Origin: Mobula birostris
Taxonomy: Eukaryota
NCBI RefSeq assembly: GCF_030028105.1
Contig: NC_092379.1
Span: 74,325,006 to 74,389,005 of the forward strand
Length of the DNA stretch: 64,000 nucleotides
Direction of reading: 5' to 3'
A program made the position numbers and the translations under genes. Positions within the stretch are counted from its first letter, which is position 1. The number at the start of each line of letters is the position of its first letter. The notes under the pieces were generated by a model that ran no database searches, had not been told where the DNA came from, and worked only from the letters and a program-made list of their open reading frames with translations. Positions 24,831 through 36,908 of the stretch are shown here, one piece after another.

Positions 24831-27112
24831 GTAGCTGTGATTAAATTAATGATCTTAATGGAAGAGGAAAAATTGAGAAATAATATAACTGCAGTTACTT
24901 CTGACTTCAAAAGATTTTTCAATCTTGTCGAGATTACTAGGGCATAGCCTTAAAATGAAGCTGGATTAGCAAATTTGCAGTATAAATTCCCAATGGAAAT
25001 TGTGAAAGCAGTTGGTGTTGAATAATCTAAATGCAAATTAGATTGCTCAGTAATTATACAGCATATAAACAAGTTGAGAGGTGATATGTTCAGTGTAGAA
25101 TATTTAGGAGATTGGGTGACTTTAGACCTACTTCTCTTAAAGCTTTCTAAAACTTGGTATTTTCCTTAGCCTGTTGATGTACTTCAATCAATAAACATTG
25201 ATTGAACATAGAACAGTATAGCATAGGAGCAGGGCCTTCAGCTCACTATGTCTGCGCTAATCAGTGCTATTTTAAAATATAGGAGGGATGTCAGAGGTAA
25301 GTCTTTCACAGAGAGCGTGGGTGAATAGAACACCCTGCCAGAGTTCATAGTTGAGACAGATATGTTGGGAATATTTAAGAAACTTTTAGATAGGCGCATG
25401 GATGATAGAAAAACTGGAAGCTATGTAGAAGGAAGGGTTTGATTGATCTTAGAGTAGGTTAAAATGTTGGCACAATATTGTGGGCCGAAGGATCTGTACT
25501 GTGCTCGAATGATCTTTGTTCTATGTTCTAATCCCATCTGTCTGCACAAGGTCAATATCCCTGCTTTCCATTTCATTTAATAGTCAGTGAGTAATCATTG
25601 TTGTATCCAATAAACAGAAGAGTGAAGAGGTTGTTTTTGTTTAACAAAGCAATTCCAAAGTTCTTGTGTTAATTTTAAGCATCTGCAGTGCACTGTTGAA
25701 AATTCATTTTGTTTCAAGTGATCAACTGATAACCTACAGGATGAAACATTATGCTGTTACCTAGTCCCCCACAAGTCAGTCCTAAAATTCAAACTCTTAT
25801 GAACAACTGAATATGTTTGAAAAGTAGAATAAGTTTTCATTATTTCGAGATTATGTCTTTATTGGGTAAATAAAATTAATTTGCTCGCAAGTTTGTCCAG
25901 CAATCTGATTGAAAACTGAGATAGTGCAATAATCTTTCAGTGTGATAATCCAGAAAATAAAACCAGCATAAATCACAGATTTACCAAATACTCTTGATAT
26001 GGAAAGTAGTCAATTGTCCCATTAAGTCTCAATCAGTTGTATCTAAGAACAATCTAGCTAATTTTACGACCTCATTCCATAGCCTACAAGTTATTTTATT
26101 CTTATCCCACTATCTTTTGAAGTATTTAATTGAGTCTGCTTCCATAACTTCTGCCATTGTATTTGAGGCTCTTAAGTACTCACTCTGAAAAGTTTTTTTT
26201 CATGTTCAGTTGGTTGTTTCATTGTATCTCATTCCACATCCTCTGGGTTTTGCTCCTTCAGATCGTGAGAACTGATTTTGTCCAGCTACTCTAAACTAAA
26301 TTAATTTGACTTTCTATATTAGATCATCTGACAATCTCTCAATTGCAAGGAAAATCAGTGGCAGCACCTTCACTCTCCCCACTGAGGTCTGTCTTCCCTG
26401 TAATTATTTTGACAAATGTTTTTGTAAAAAGTTTTGGGATCTTTCTTAAAAATTGATGTCCAGAATCAAATACAATATTCCAGTTATGGCCAAACCAGTT
26501 ATTCATAAAGATTCATCAAGATTTCTTTGGTCTTGTATTTTACATCTCCAGTTGCTTCATTAGCATTTTCTTTATTTACCCTATCATTCTCAATTAACAA
26601 AATACACCTCAATATTTTTGTTCTGATCCCTCTTTTAGAATTGTATACTTGAATTTCTATTGCCTTTTCTCACTTTTTTTATGTGCCATTTATCTACTCG
26701 TTCTGTCAGCTTGTTACTATTCTCCTCACCGTTCACTGTGCCTCCAATTTGGTGTCACTGGAGATTCTGAAAATGCAAAGCACTCCTTTTATTCAGTCTT
26801 TTTATGTACAATACGCCTTTTATTCACAGAGCGCTGGGTCCATTCTGATACTGAGGTGCTTCTTTACTCTCTACCCAGATACTGTTCCTGTTCCCTTAAC
26901 CCACTGTGGCACTTTTGTCCATATTGCTTTTAAAGTAATTGGATCTTGTATCCCGCAGTCCTGTTACTGACTGGACATGTTCTCCTCCACTCCTGTTGCT
27001 CACAGAGATTTAGTTTCATCAGGTCATTTCACTTTGTAGTACCATTAATCACCTAAACCATGCTTAACATGTGGCTTTTAACCACACTGGAATCCTGTTA
27101 TTGTTTGTTACT

Positions 27113-27507
27113 CAGGCCAGAGATGTTGTGGGGATGGAACTGGACTCTCTGACGGTGGTGTCTGAAAAGAGGATGCTGTCCAAGTTGCATGCCATCTTGG
27201 ACAATGTCTCCCATCCACTACATAATGTACTGGGTGGGCACAGGAGTACATTTAGCCAGAGACTCATTCCACCGAGATGCAACACAGAGCGTCATAGGAA
27301 GTCATTCCTGCCTGTGGCTATTAAACTTTACAACTCCTCCCTTGGAGAGTCAGACACCCTGAGCCAATAGGCTGGTCCTGGACTTATTTCCTGGCATAAT
27401 TTTACATATTACTATTTAACTATTTATGGTTTTATTACTATTTATTATTTATGGTGCAACTGTAACAAAAAACAATTTCTCCCAGGATCAATAAAGTATG
27501 ACTATGT
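27113..27507 (+). mobile_element. Rex1-type LINE 3' end
   Basis: AILDNVSHPLH...FSQRLIPPRCNTERHRKSFLPVAIKLYN. Tail aataaagtatgactatg. Confidence 0.85.
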
Positions 27508-28959
27508 AACACTGTACTCCTTAAATGTATCAGGGATCTGTGTTCTTTTTCTTCCTGCTGGAAACTTGTTCCTGTTCCTTTTAGGCAGTGTTGCCTTTCA
27601 ACCAATCAGTCTCTAATCACCCATACACTGCTTTTTAACTCACCAAACCCAACCAGGACTCTGGCCCATCAAGAATCTGTTCCCTGTGCTCCTTTTATTT
27701 ATTACTGTTTCCATGGCTGTTTTTACTAAATGGCCATCTGTTTTTGGCTCTTTTACTCACTCATGCTCTGTACCCTGGACAGCTTTTACTCACCGGTTTT
27801 TATTTCAAAAGTAAGCTTTATTCACAATAAAAATATATATACAAAAGAATAAATAGTGCAGAATCTTTTACAATCTCTTCCAGTGTGATATGTCAATACA
27901 TTTGGTAGTGTTAGTTAATTTTTCAAAACCATAATACTTCTTGCAACTAATATGTCCACCTGGTGTGATACATTCCCACCTCCCCATTTTTTGTATGCCC
28001 TGGAGGTCCTCGTACGCACTTGGAGTCTGTCTCCTGAATTCCTGTTACTTGCTGCAACACTGTCTTCTACTCTCCTTTTACTCATTGTGGATCTGTTTTT
28101 CTCCTTAGTCTTATTCAGCAGAGATTTGTTTTCTGTTCTCCATTTAATCTCTTAGACTTTGCTTATTTGCTCCTTTTATTAACTGGAATTTGTTCCTACA
28201 TTCTTTGATTCATTAGGGATTATTTTTCTGAGTTCTTTTTCCAACCAAGGCTATTGTTCCCACATTTCCTCAAACAAAACTCCTACTGGCTCCCAGTCAC
28301 AAGAGAATGCAGATGCTGCGATCTTCAGCAAAATAAATCAGGTTCCTGAAGGACGTCTGTTGGCAGGAGGGGGGGATAATACGTATATATTTTAGGCAGT
28401 GTCTCAACCCAAAATGTCTGCCATCTTTTCCCATCTCCACCACTACAGTTGTTGCTCGACCCTTTGAGTTCATCCAGATTTTTGTTTTCTGCTGTATCCA
28501 CACCTGTCTTCGGAGCTCCATCACATAAATGGTTTTCAGTATAGCCAAAGAGTTTTAAGGATGATGTCAGGCCTATTTGGGGGAAATGTATTATCTGTAT
28601 TCTTGGTGATTAATTTAAATGTAAAAAGTGCATCTGAGAAGTTGCCAAGCACGTTGAGTGTAGATCGGAGGGAGTGTAGATTGGGGTCTGCAGTGACCAT
28701 GAGCAATGGAAGGAGTCCATGATATCATGATTATAATTATAGTTATTAATTGATCAGTAGTTTGGCCAATCCAGGTTTTGGGTGGGACTGATAAATGTTA
28801 GCCACCAGTGATATTGCTCCACCACATGTTCTTGCAAAGTTTAACACGGTCAGGAGACAAATAACCAGCATGAATTGTTGGATTTTCTTCCACAGTTGTA
28901 CTGATTTTTGATGGTAGTGTTGCACTGTTTCAAATTTGTTGGTTTCTATCTTATTTTAG

Positions 28960-29048
28960 GTACACGTGTTGATGATGCAAAAGCATTAATAGCAGCGAGC
29001 AGCCTGAAAATTCTTGCCTGTGATGATCTGGATGATGCAGCGCGAATG
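28960..29048 (+). CDS. SUCLA2: SUCLA2 exon 10 equivalent (89 bp)
   Basis: attttag|GT...ATG|gtaat. (G)[29 protein letters not shown]. Confidence 0.98.
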
Positions 29049-29349
29049 GTAATACATATTCTGCAATCAGGAGTTTATGTAAAAATATTTAAAAGTTTAA
29101 ATTTTGCAATTAACTGCAACAAACAGCAGAAAACAGCTGAAAGCCTGCACGTGTGTATCACTCCTGCCCTCCACTCTCAGTCCATTGACCTAAAACTACT
29201 CACGTGCCACACAGGAAACCGTCTTTGAGTCTCCCACCTGGTACAAGAATGAGTCATTTTCTTATTTGTATTATAAATAGGGTTTATTACAAAGGATGAA
29301 TGTTGGTGTAAATTAAATGTTCCCAGATTAATCAATCAGCCATTAGGTA

Positions 29350-30820
29350 GCTTTCTAGAGTAATTTGTGGTTGAGCCCACTAGGGGAAAGGCAGTCCTGG
29401 ATTGGGTGTTGTCTAATGAACCAGATTTGATTAGGAAGCTTAAAGTAAAGGAACCTTTCTGAGGCAGTGATCATAACATGATAGAATTCGCCTTGCAGTT
29501 TGAGAGGGAGAAGATAAAGTCAAATGTATCAATATTCCAGTGGGGTAAAGGAAATTACAGAGGCATGAGAGAGGAGCTGGCCAGAGTTGATTGGAAGGGG
29601 ACACTAGCAGGAATGGCAGCAGAACAGCAATGGCTGGAGTTTCTGGGGGCAGTTCAGGGTAGATGTATCAGCAAGATGTAGCATTCTAAAAGCAGGGTGT
29701 GGCATCCGTGGCTGTCAAGGGGAGTCAAAGAGTGCATAAAAGGAAAAGAGGAAGCATATAATATTGCAAAAAATAGAAGTTAAGAGAATTGGGTAGCTTT
29801 TAAAAGCCAACCATTTTCAGGGAAAGCTGGCCAATAAAATAAAAGGAGATGTAAAAAGTTTTTCCCAATATAAAAGAAAAGCGAGGCTAGATATCGGACT
29901 ACTGGAAAATGACACTGGGGAGGCAGTAATGGGGGACAATGAAATGGCAGACAAACTAAGTGAATAAATATTTTGTGTCAGTCTTCACTGTGGAAGACAC
30001 TAGCAGTATGCGGGATATTTGAGAGTGTCAGGGGGCAGAAGTGAGTGTAGTTCCTATTACTAAGGAGAAGGTGCTTAGGAAGCTGAAAAATCTGAAAGTA
30101 GAAAGTCACCTGGATCAGATCGACTACACCCCGGGTTCTGAAAGAGGTAGCTGAAGAGATTGTAGAGGAATTAGTAATGATATTTTAAGAATCACTAGAC
30201 TCTGGAATGGTTCCAGAGGACTGGACAATTGCAGTGTCACTGCACTCTTTAAGACTGGGGGGGGGGGGGGGGGAAGAAAGGGAGTTATAGGCCAGTTAAC
30301 CTGAGTTCAGTGGTTCGGAAGATGTTGGAGTCCATTATTAAGGATGAGGTTTTGGGGTACTTAGAGGAACATGATAAAATAGGCCAAAGTCAGCATAGTT
30401 TTCTTAAAGGGAAATGTTGCTTGGGAAATCTGTTGGAATTCCTTGAGGAAATGACAGGCAGGATAGACAAAGGAGAGTCAGTGGATGTTGTATACTTAGA
30501 TTTTCAGAAGGCCTTTGACAACAAGATGCTGCACGTGAGGCTGCTCAAGAGTTCATGGTATAGGAGAGATACTAACATGGATAGAAAATTGGCTGACTGG
30601 TTGGAGGCAAAGAGTGGGAATAAAGGGGGCCGTTTATGGTTGGCTGCCGGTGACTAGTGATGTCCTGCAGGGGTCAGTACTGGGACAGCTTCTTTTCACA
30701 AGATATGTAAATGATTTGGATGATTGAATTGATGGCTTTGTGACTAATTTTGCAGGTGATACAAAGATAGATGGAGAGGCAGGTATTGCTCAGGAAGCAG
30801 GGAGTCTGCAGAAAGACCTA
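29350..30820 (+). mobile_element. CR1 LINE ORF2 fragment
   Basis: SDHNMIEF, KMLESIIKD, QHSFLKGKCC, VDVVYLDFQKAFD motifs with frameshifts. Confidence 0.9.
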
Positions 30821-31162
30821 GATGTAGTTTACAGGTAGAAGAAGATTTCCACAAACTATTGTCTACCCTGTCTTACAGTTGACTGAGACCCTTGATTCTG
30901 AAAATATCAATTGATATGAAGTATCCAAAATATAAAAGAGTATAGAGGTAAGAGAGAGGTGAAGCAAGGACTGGTAGGTCAAGATTTTTAGGTCAATTAC
31001 CTTTCATTGTTCTGTGAAGGTTATAAATTACAGAGATGGGGCCAGGTGAAGAGAAGAAAAGATATGTTTGTAACTGGTCAAAGACCAAGAGAAACTGGAT
31101 GACAATTGACGGGAAATAGTTTACAGCAGCTGATCTGTCTGGATGATGGGGATCAATTAGAG

Positions 31163-31910
31163 CAGGGGTCCCCAACCTTTTTTGCACCACGGACTGGTTT
31201 AATATGGTTTAATATTCTTGCGGACTGGCCAACCGGGGGTGGGGGGGGTGCGGATGTTCAAATAGGGTTAAACTCACCTCAACATGTCTTTTACAGTGAG
31301 GGTTGCCAACTTTCTCACTCCCAAAAGTAGCAGTCAAATCCCGGGATACTTGTGTTTACCCCAGGAAAGGCTGCCATGACCATGAAGCCTTGCATGGGCA
31401 CCTGTGTGTGCATGCGTGTACGTGCCGATTTCTCCCCCCACAAATCGGTTTTGCCTTTATCTTCCGGACTATACGAACGTTATTTCTACTTTATATAGGC
31501 CGTGTATTTATCATATCATTCCTGCTTTTACTATATGTTAGTGTTACTTATTTTCGGTTTTATGTGTTATTTGGTATGATTTGTTAGGTTATTTTTTGGG
31601 TCTGGGAACGCTCAAAACTTTTTCCCATATAAATTAATGGTAGTTGCTTCTTCGCTTCACGCCATTTCAGCACGAAAGGTTTCATAGGAATGCTCTACCT
31701 TAGCGGGGGGAACACGGAACAAGGGCGGTCCTGTGTGGGACAAACCAATTTAGCCCAATATACGGGATGTCCTGGCTAGTACAGGACAGTTGGCAACCCT
31801 ATGTTCAAGTTCAACAGTGCGTGACAGCGAATGAGGAAAGGTGCAGCTGACTCATATTGTTTCCTCACGGCCCGGTAGCACATGCCCGGCCCGGTGGTTG
31901 GGGACCGCTG
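31163..31910. mobile_element. Composite hAT MITE (Charlie-type outer ends, Blackjack-type inner element, Tigger-derived core)
   Basis: TIR CAGGGGTCCCCAACC / GGTTGGGGACCGCTG. 8-bp TSD AATTAGAG (31155-62, 31911-18). Inner AGGGTTGCCAAC...GTTGGCAACCCTA. 31350-31712 is homologous to 21250-21637. Confidence 0.88.
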
Positions 31911-32289
31911 AATTAGAGCAGGGCAGTGAGAAGTAAACAATGCCAGGACTGAGTTACAGATTCAGCTGTTGTTAAAAATCTTAGAATGTTGTTAGAATAT
32001 TTCCATCATTATCTTTTATACACGTATATTTATCTCTTGATATATGGATGATGACCCTCGTTCACAAAGGGTGTAAAGATAAACTGTAATAACTATAGTT
32101 TAACTTCAGAAGTAGGGAAAGTTCTAAAAAGGGAGATTGGAGACAAAATCACTTTGACAAATGTGGATGAAGAGATGAGTTTAAAAAAATGTATCTGAAG
32201 TTTATTGATGTTACAAAGAACATAGATGAAAGAAATGCAACTGCTCTGGTACATTTGGACTTTATAAGGCACCATCTAATGGGTTTTAT

Positions 32290-32827
32290 CAAGGATTGGA
32301 AAAAGCTGCAGTAAGTTGTAAACTCAGCCAGCTTCATCATGGGCACTATCGTCCCCAGTATCGAGGACACCTTCAAAAGATGATCCCTCAAAAAGATGGC
32401 ATCCATCATTAAGGACCCTGTCACCCAGGACATGCCCTCTTCCCATTGCCACCAGCAGGGAGGGGGTACAGAAGCCTGAAGAGAAGCACTCAGTGTTTCA
32501 GGGACAGCTTCTTCCTGTCTGCCATCAAGTTTCTGAATGGAATATGAACCCATGTACACTACCTCACTATTTTTTCTCTTTTTGCACTAGTTAATTGATT
32601 ATATTTACTGTTTTTAATCATTGTATATTGAAATGTACTGCAGCTGCAAAACAACAAATTGCATGACAACACACACAAAATGCTGAAGTAACTTGGCATA
32701 TCAGGCAGCGTCTGTGAAAATGAATAAACAGTTGATGTTTTATGGCAAGGATTAGAGCTGAGATCGGGAGTGGGCGGGAAGATTTCACGATATATGCTAG
32801 TGATATTAAACCTAATTCTGATTCTGA
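32290..32827 (+). mobile_element. Rex1-type LINE 3' end interrupted by a reverse Penelope pLTR piece (~32668-32780)
   Basis: ASIIKDPVT/HALFPLPPAG..Y..LK...FRDSFF remnants. (attctg)n tail at ~32815-27. Confidence 0.7.
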
Positions 32828-32829
32828 CT

Positions 32830-33115
32830 GCAGTTGTGGGGATCTGGAACAAAAGCATTCAAAGGGTCAAGCAGCATCTGTGGTGAGGGTGGAATTGCCA
32901 ATGGTTCTGGTCGAGATCCTGTTTGCAGAATCTGTCTTTGTGATATCTGTGGAAGACAGTGGGAGAGCATTATCTAACCACTTCCCCTCTCCTATTTTAA
33001 ACCATCTACCTTCCCTCTCCTGATGCAGGGTCTTGATCTGAAATATCGGCAATTCCTTCCCCCACTGTAGATGCTTTCGACCTGCTGAGATCCTCTAGCA
33101 GATTGTTTTTAGCTG
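32830..33115. mobile_element. Second fold-back Penelope-type pLTR with a variant hammerhead core
   Basis: CTGATGC-AGGGTCTTGATCT-GAAA-TATC at ~33020-33047. Arm 32865-32925 is its degenerate reverse complement. Confidence 0.55.
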
Positions 33116-33225
33116 AAGTATTGCGTTCTGTTCAGAAGGAACACTTTAATGAGGATGCCAAGTTACTGCAAAGGATGGATAAAACAGTGACCAGAATATT
33201 ATCAGAGATAAACATACAAATGTTT

Positions 33226-34582
33226 GTACTCCCTCTATGGCAAGAATGTCTTTCCTCAGATTAGGGAACCAAAACTGCACACAATACTCCAGGTGTGGTC
33301 TCACCAAGGCCTTGTACAACTGCAGTAGTACCTCCCTGCTCCTGTACTCGAATTCTCTTTCTATGAACGCCAGCATACCATTTGTCTTTTTCACCGCCTG
33401 CCCACTTTCAATGACTGGTGTACAATGACACCCAGGTCTCGTTGCATTTCCCCTTTTCCTAATTGGCCACCATTCAAATAATAACCTGTTTTCCTGTTTT
33501 TGCCACCAAAGTGGATAACCTCACATTTATCCACATTAAATTGAATCTGCCATGAATTTGCCCACTCACCTAACCTATCCAAGTCACCCTGCATCCTCTT
33601 AGCATCCTCCTCACAGCTAACACTGCCACCCAGCTTCGTGTCATCCGCAAACTTGGAGATGCTGCATTTAATTCCCTCATCCAAGTCATTAATATATATT
33701 GTAAACAACTTGGGTCCCAGCACTGAGCCTTGCGGTACCCCACTAGTCACTGCCTGCCATTCTGAAAAGGTCCCGTTTATTCCCACTCTTTGCTTCCTGT
33801 CTGCCAACCAATTCTCTATCCACATCAATACCATACCCCCAATACTGTGTGCTTTAAGTTTGCACACTAATCTCCTGTGTGGGACCTTGTCAAAAGCCTT
33901 TTGAAAATCCAAATATACCATATCCACTGGTTCTCCCCTATCACTCTACTAGTTACATCCTCAAAAAATTCTATGAGATTCGTCAGACATGATTTTCCTT
34001 TCACAAATCCATGCTGACTTTGTCCAATGATTTCACCGCTTTTCAATTGTGCTGTTATCACATCCTTGATAACTGACTCCAGCAGTTTCCCCACCACTGA
34101 CGTTAGGCTAACTGGTCTATAATTCCCCGGTTTCTCTCTCCCTCCTTTTTTAAAAAGTGGGGTTACATTAGCCACCCTCCAATCCTCAGGAACTAGTCCA
34201 GAATCTAACGAGTTTTGAAAAATTATCACTAATGCATCCACTATTTCTTGGGCTACTTCCTTAAGCACCCTGGGATGCAGACCATCTGGCCCTGGGGATT
34301 TATCTGCCTTCAATCCCTTCAATTTACCTAACACCACTTCCCTACTAGCATGTATTTCCCTCAGTTCCTCCATCTCAGTAGACCCTCTGTCCCCTACTAT
34401 TTCCGGAAGATTATTTATGTCCTCCTTAGTGAAGACAGAACCAAAGTAATTATTCAATTGGTCTGCCATGTCCTTGCTCCCCATAATCAATTCACCTGTT
34501 TCTGACTGTAAGGGACCTACATTTATCTTAACCAATCTTTTTCTTTTTACATATCTATAAAAGCTTTTTACATCTTTAATCT
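33226..34582 (-). mobile_element. Young CR1 LINE RT fragment
   Basis: Long ORFs 33867-34679 and 33391-33927 with KSPGPDGLHPRVLKE, NYRPVSLTS, GVPQGSVLGP, FADD. Few lesions. Confidence 0.95.
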
Positions 34583-35506
34583 TGTTGCTGAATTCTTTTA
34601 AAAAGAGTTTGACGAAGAGCCATATAATAAACATACTTGCAAAATTAATGCCAAATGGATTAAAAAACAGTAACATCATGAATATAAAATTGACTCTGTT
34701 CAGAACGGTGGAAGGATGGTTGTTCAGTTTCTACCAGCCCCGAGGACCGAGGAAGTAGGATATTATTCCTCAGGAATCTATAGTTGACCACTTTTATTTT
34801 GTGTTTTTCTGTCAACAAGGCTTAAATATCCACAGAATAGACTGGGAGAATGGCAAGAACAGAAGTTAAACATTTTGGTATAAAGAGTGACACAAAGGGT
34901 AGGGTAAATTGGGTGCACATACTGTACATTCAATAAAGTCGTCAGGACCAATTGGGAATAAGCTTAAGATACCGTATGCATCCTTAACTTTACTAATAAA
35001 AGAACAGTATTACAATGTCAAGAAGAATGCTGTAAGCTATAAAACATTTCCTATGCATCTGTGAGAATATTGTATTCAGTTCAAAGTCCACACTGAATGA
35101 ATGTGGAGCCTTAGGAGAAGGCAAGGATAACAATTCCTGCAGTGTTATCGGTGGTGAGCATTTTTAGGTATGTGGAAAGGTTAAAGGGACAATGTGAATG
35201 TGGCTTTCAGTGTTAACATTCAGAAACAATCAGATAAATACTTAGGTAAAGCTTCAATCAGATTACTGAAGAACTGGCATGATTATTAATTAGAACACTG
35301 GATAATGATTTGTAATGAGACTGTGCAGTTGTTTATTTGCTTTGAAAAAGAACAAATAATGCTTCAAAGAATAACTGCCATCATGAATTATATCCTGAAC
35401 ACCAATTTCAAAGATTAAAAATAAACTGAATTACTCATGTTTTTCTCTGTTGCAGATATTATATGCCCTCTCTTCTTTTTTACTTCTATTTTTCCTTCCC
35501 GAACAG

Positions 35507-35581
35507 GTTGTCAAACTTTCAGAAATTGTTTCACTGGCTAAAGAAGCACAAGTCAATGTGAATTTCCAGCTCCCAATCTAA
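35507..35581 (+). CDS. SUCLA2: SUCLA2 last coding exon (75 bp including TAA)
   Basis: Polypyrimidine tract then gaacag|GTT. VVKLSEIVSLAKEAQVNVNFQLPI*, the SUCLA2-type C-terminus. All six exons join in frame. Confidence 0.98.
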   Translation, partial: VVKLSEIVSLAKEAQVNVNFQLPI

Positions 35582-36908
35582 TCACAATACTCCAGCCTCG
35601 AAAGTGGATGCTTTAAGGGGACAGTTGTTAAACAGCTATTTATTTTTCATATGCTTATGTTTTTTGAAATGTTTGCTTAATAAAATGAATGTGGTTAGCA
35701 ACCTGGAGTTATTTATTTGCTTGAAGGGGAAAGAAAGGTATGTTTAGAAGAAGCAACACTGATTACTGCCTTTTCCAGGCTATATTAACTTATGAAAATC
35801 TGTCATGCCAGTTCATTAACATTGGATGCTTCAGAGCAATGTACTCTACATGAAACATCTTAACTTGCTTAGCACAAAGGCTGTTTTTCTTTGGTGCACA
35901 TGTTCATAGTGCAGTTTGTCAATTGGCTTTTTCCAATGAAATGTGTAAAATTTTAACATCTACATTAAAATAATGAATGTCATGTAAATGTTCAGTGGTT
36001 TTGTTAAATTGTTAACAAACAGTAATTTCTGTCTTTTAATTCCTTCATCTATTGGTCATGCAAGAGTCAAAGTACAATAGTGCAATTATTCGACCAGCAA
36101 AATAGAGATCTACTTTCAGCAATCCCTGTGATCTACATTCAAATCTCTCTGTGGCAGCTGTGGAATTTAATTTTAATTAATAATCAGAAATACATGAAAA
36201 AAACTGTTGCCCTTATCTGATGGGGCCTTTAAGTGACTCAAATCTCATACAAGAACCTAGCAAACCCCTTAGTTCAAGGGCACATAGGAATAGGGAGTAA
36301 ATTCTGGCCTTACCGGTAACGCTAGTGTCCTGAAAAATGAATTTTGAAGATATCGTCCACTGAGCATAAGATTTGCATGTACAGAAGCAGTAATTATGCT
36401 ATTTTCTGTGCTTTTTAGATTGCTTTTTCTTCTTCCATCGAAGATAGGAAATGGGTCATTTTTATGGCTTGTTTACTGCTTTGTACTGGGTAACTATGTT
36501 CCGTCAGCTTGCACAGTTAATTATATCAGCAATTTTTATAATTTTGTAAATTTTATCTAAATAATTCTAGTACCTTCAATGATACAGAACAAATGTTATG
36601 TTGACTTAGTAAGTTTATTACACGAATGTGTACATTGCATGTGATTTAGTTTCTCTGTTTAAAAATGCTCTTCATTATACCACTCCTGTTTATTTTAGAC
36701 AAATAAAACACTGGCCCACAGAATTCCCACTTAGCAGAGATATGAATCCAGTGAAATATGAAAGATTGAGAATGCAAGAATTTTGAGCAATTTTAGACTG
36801 CAATCCATTGATTTCTGTTTGGTAAGGTATCAGATGATATAGAGCAATGGCCATGTGGCTCACTTTGAGTCCATTGTATTATCAAACTTTATGGAAAATT
36901 CAAATAAA
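35582..36908 (+). promoter_or_regulatory. Putative SUCLA2 3' UTR with candidate polyadenylation signals
   Basis: AT-rich sequence after the stop codon. AATAAA at 35679-84, 36702-07 and 36903-08. The site actually used cannot be determined from sequence. Confidence 0.5.
36075..36345 (+). mobile_element. Old SacSINE/DeuSINE-like SINE in the putative 3' UTR
   Basis: ttcaaatc..tggcagctgtggaattta head and cctagcaa..cttagttcaagggca..tagga..gggagtaaattctggcctt 3' part. Confidence 0.55.

Noticed and set aside
30256-30273. Poly-G run
   Set aside because: Homopolymer expansion within a CR1 fragment, or a sequencing artefact.
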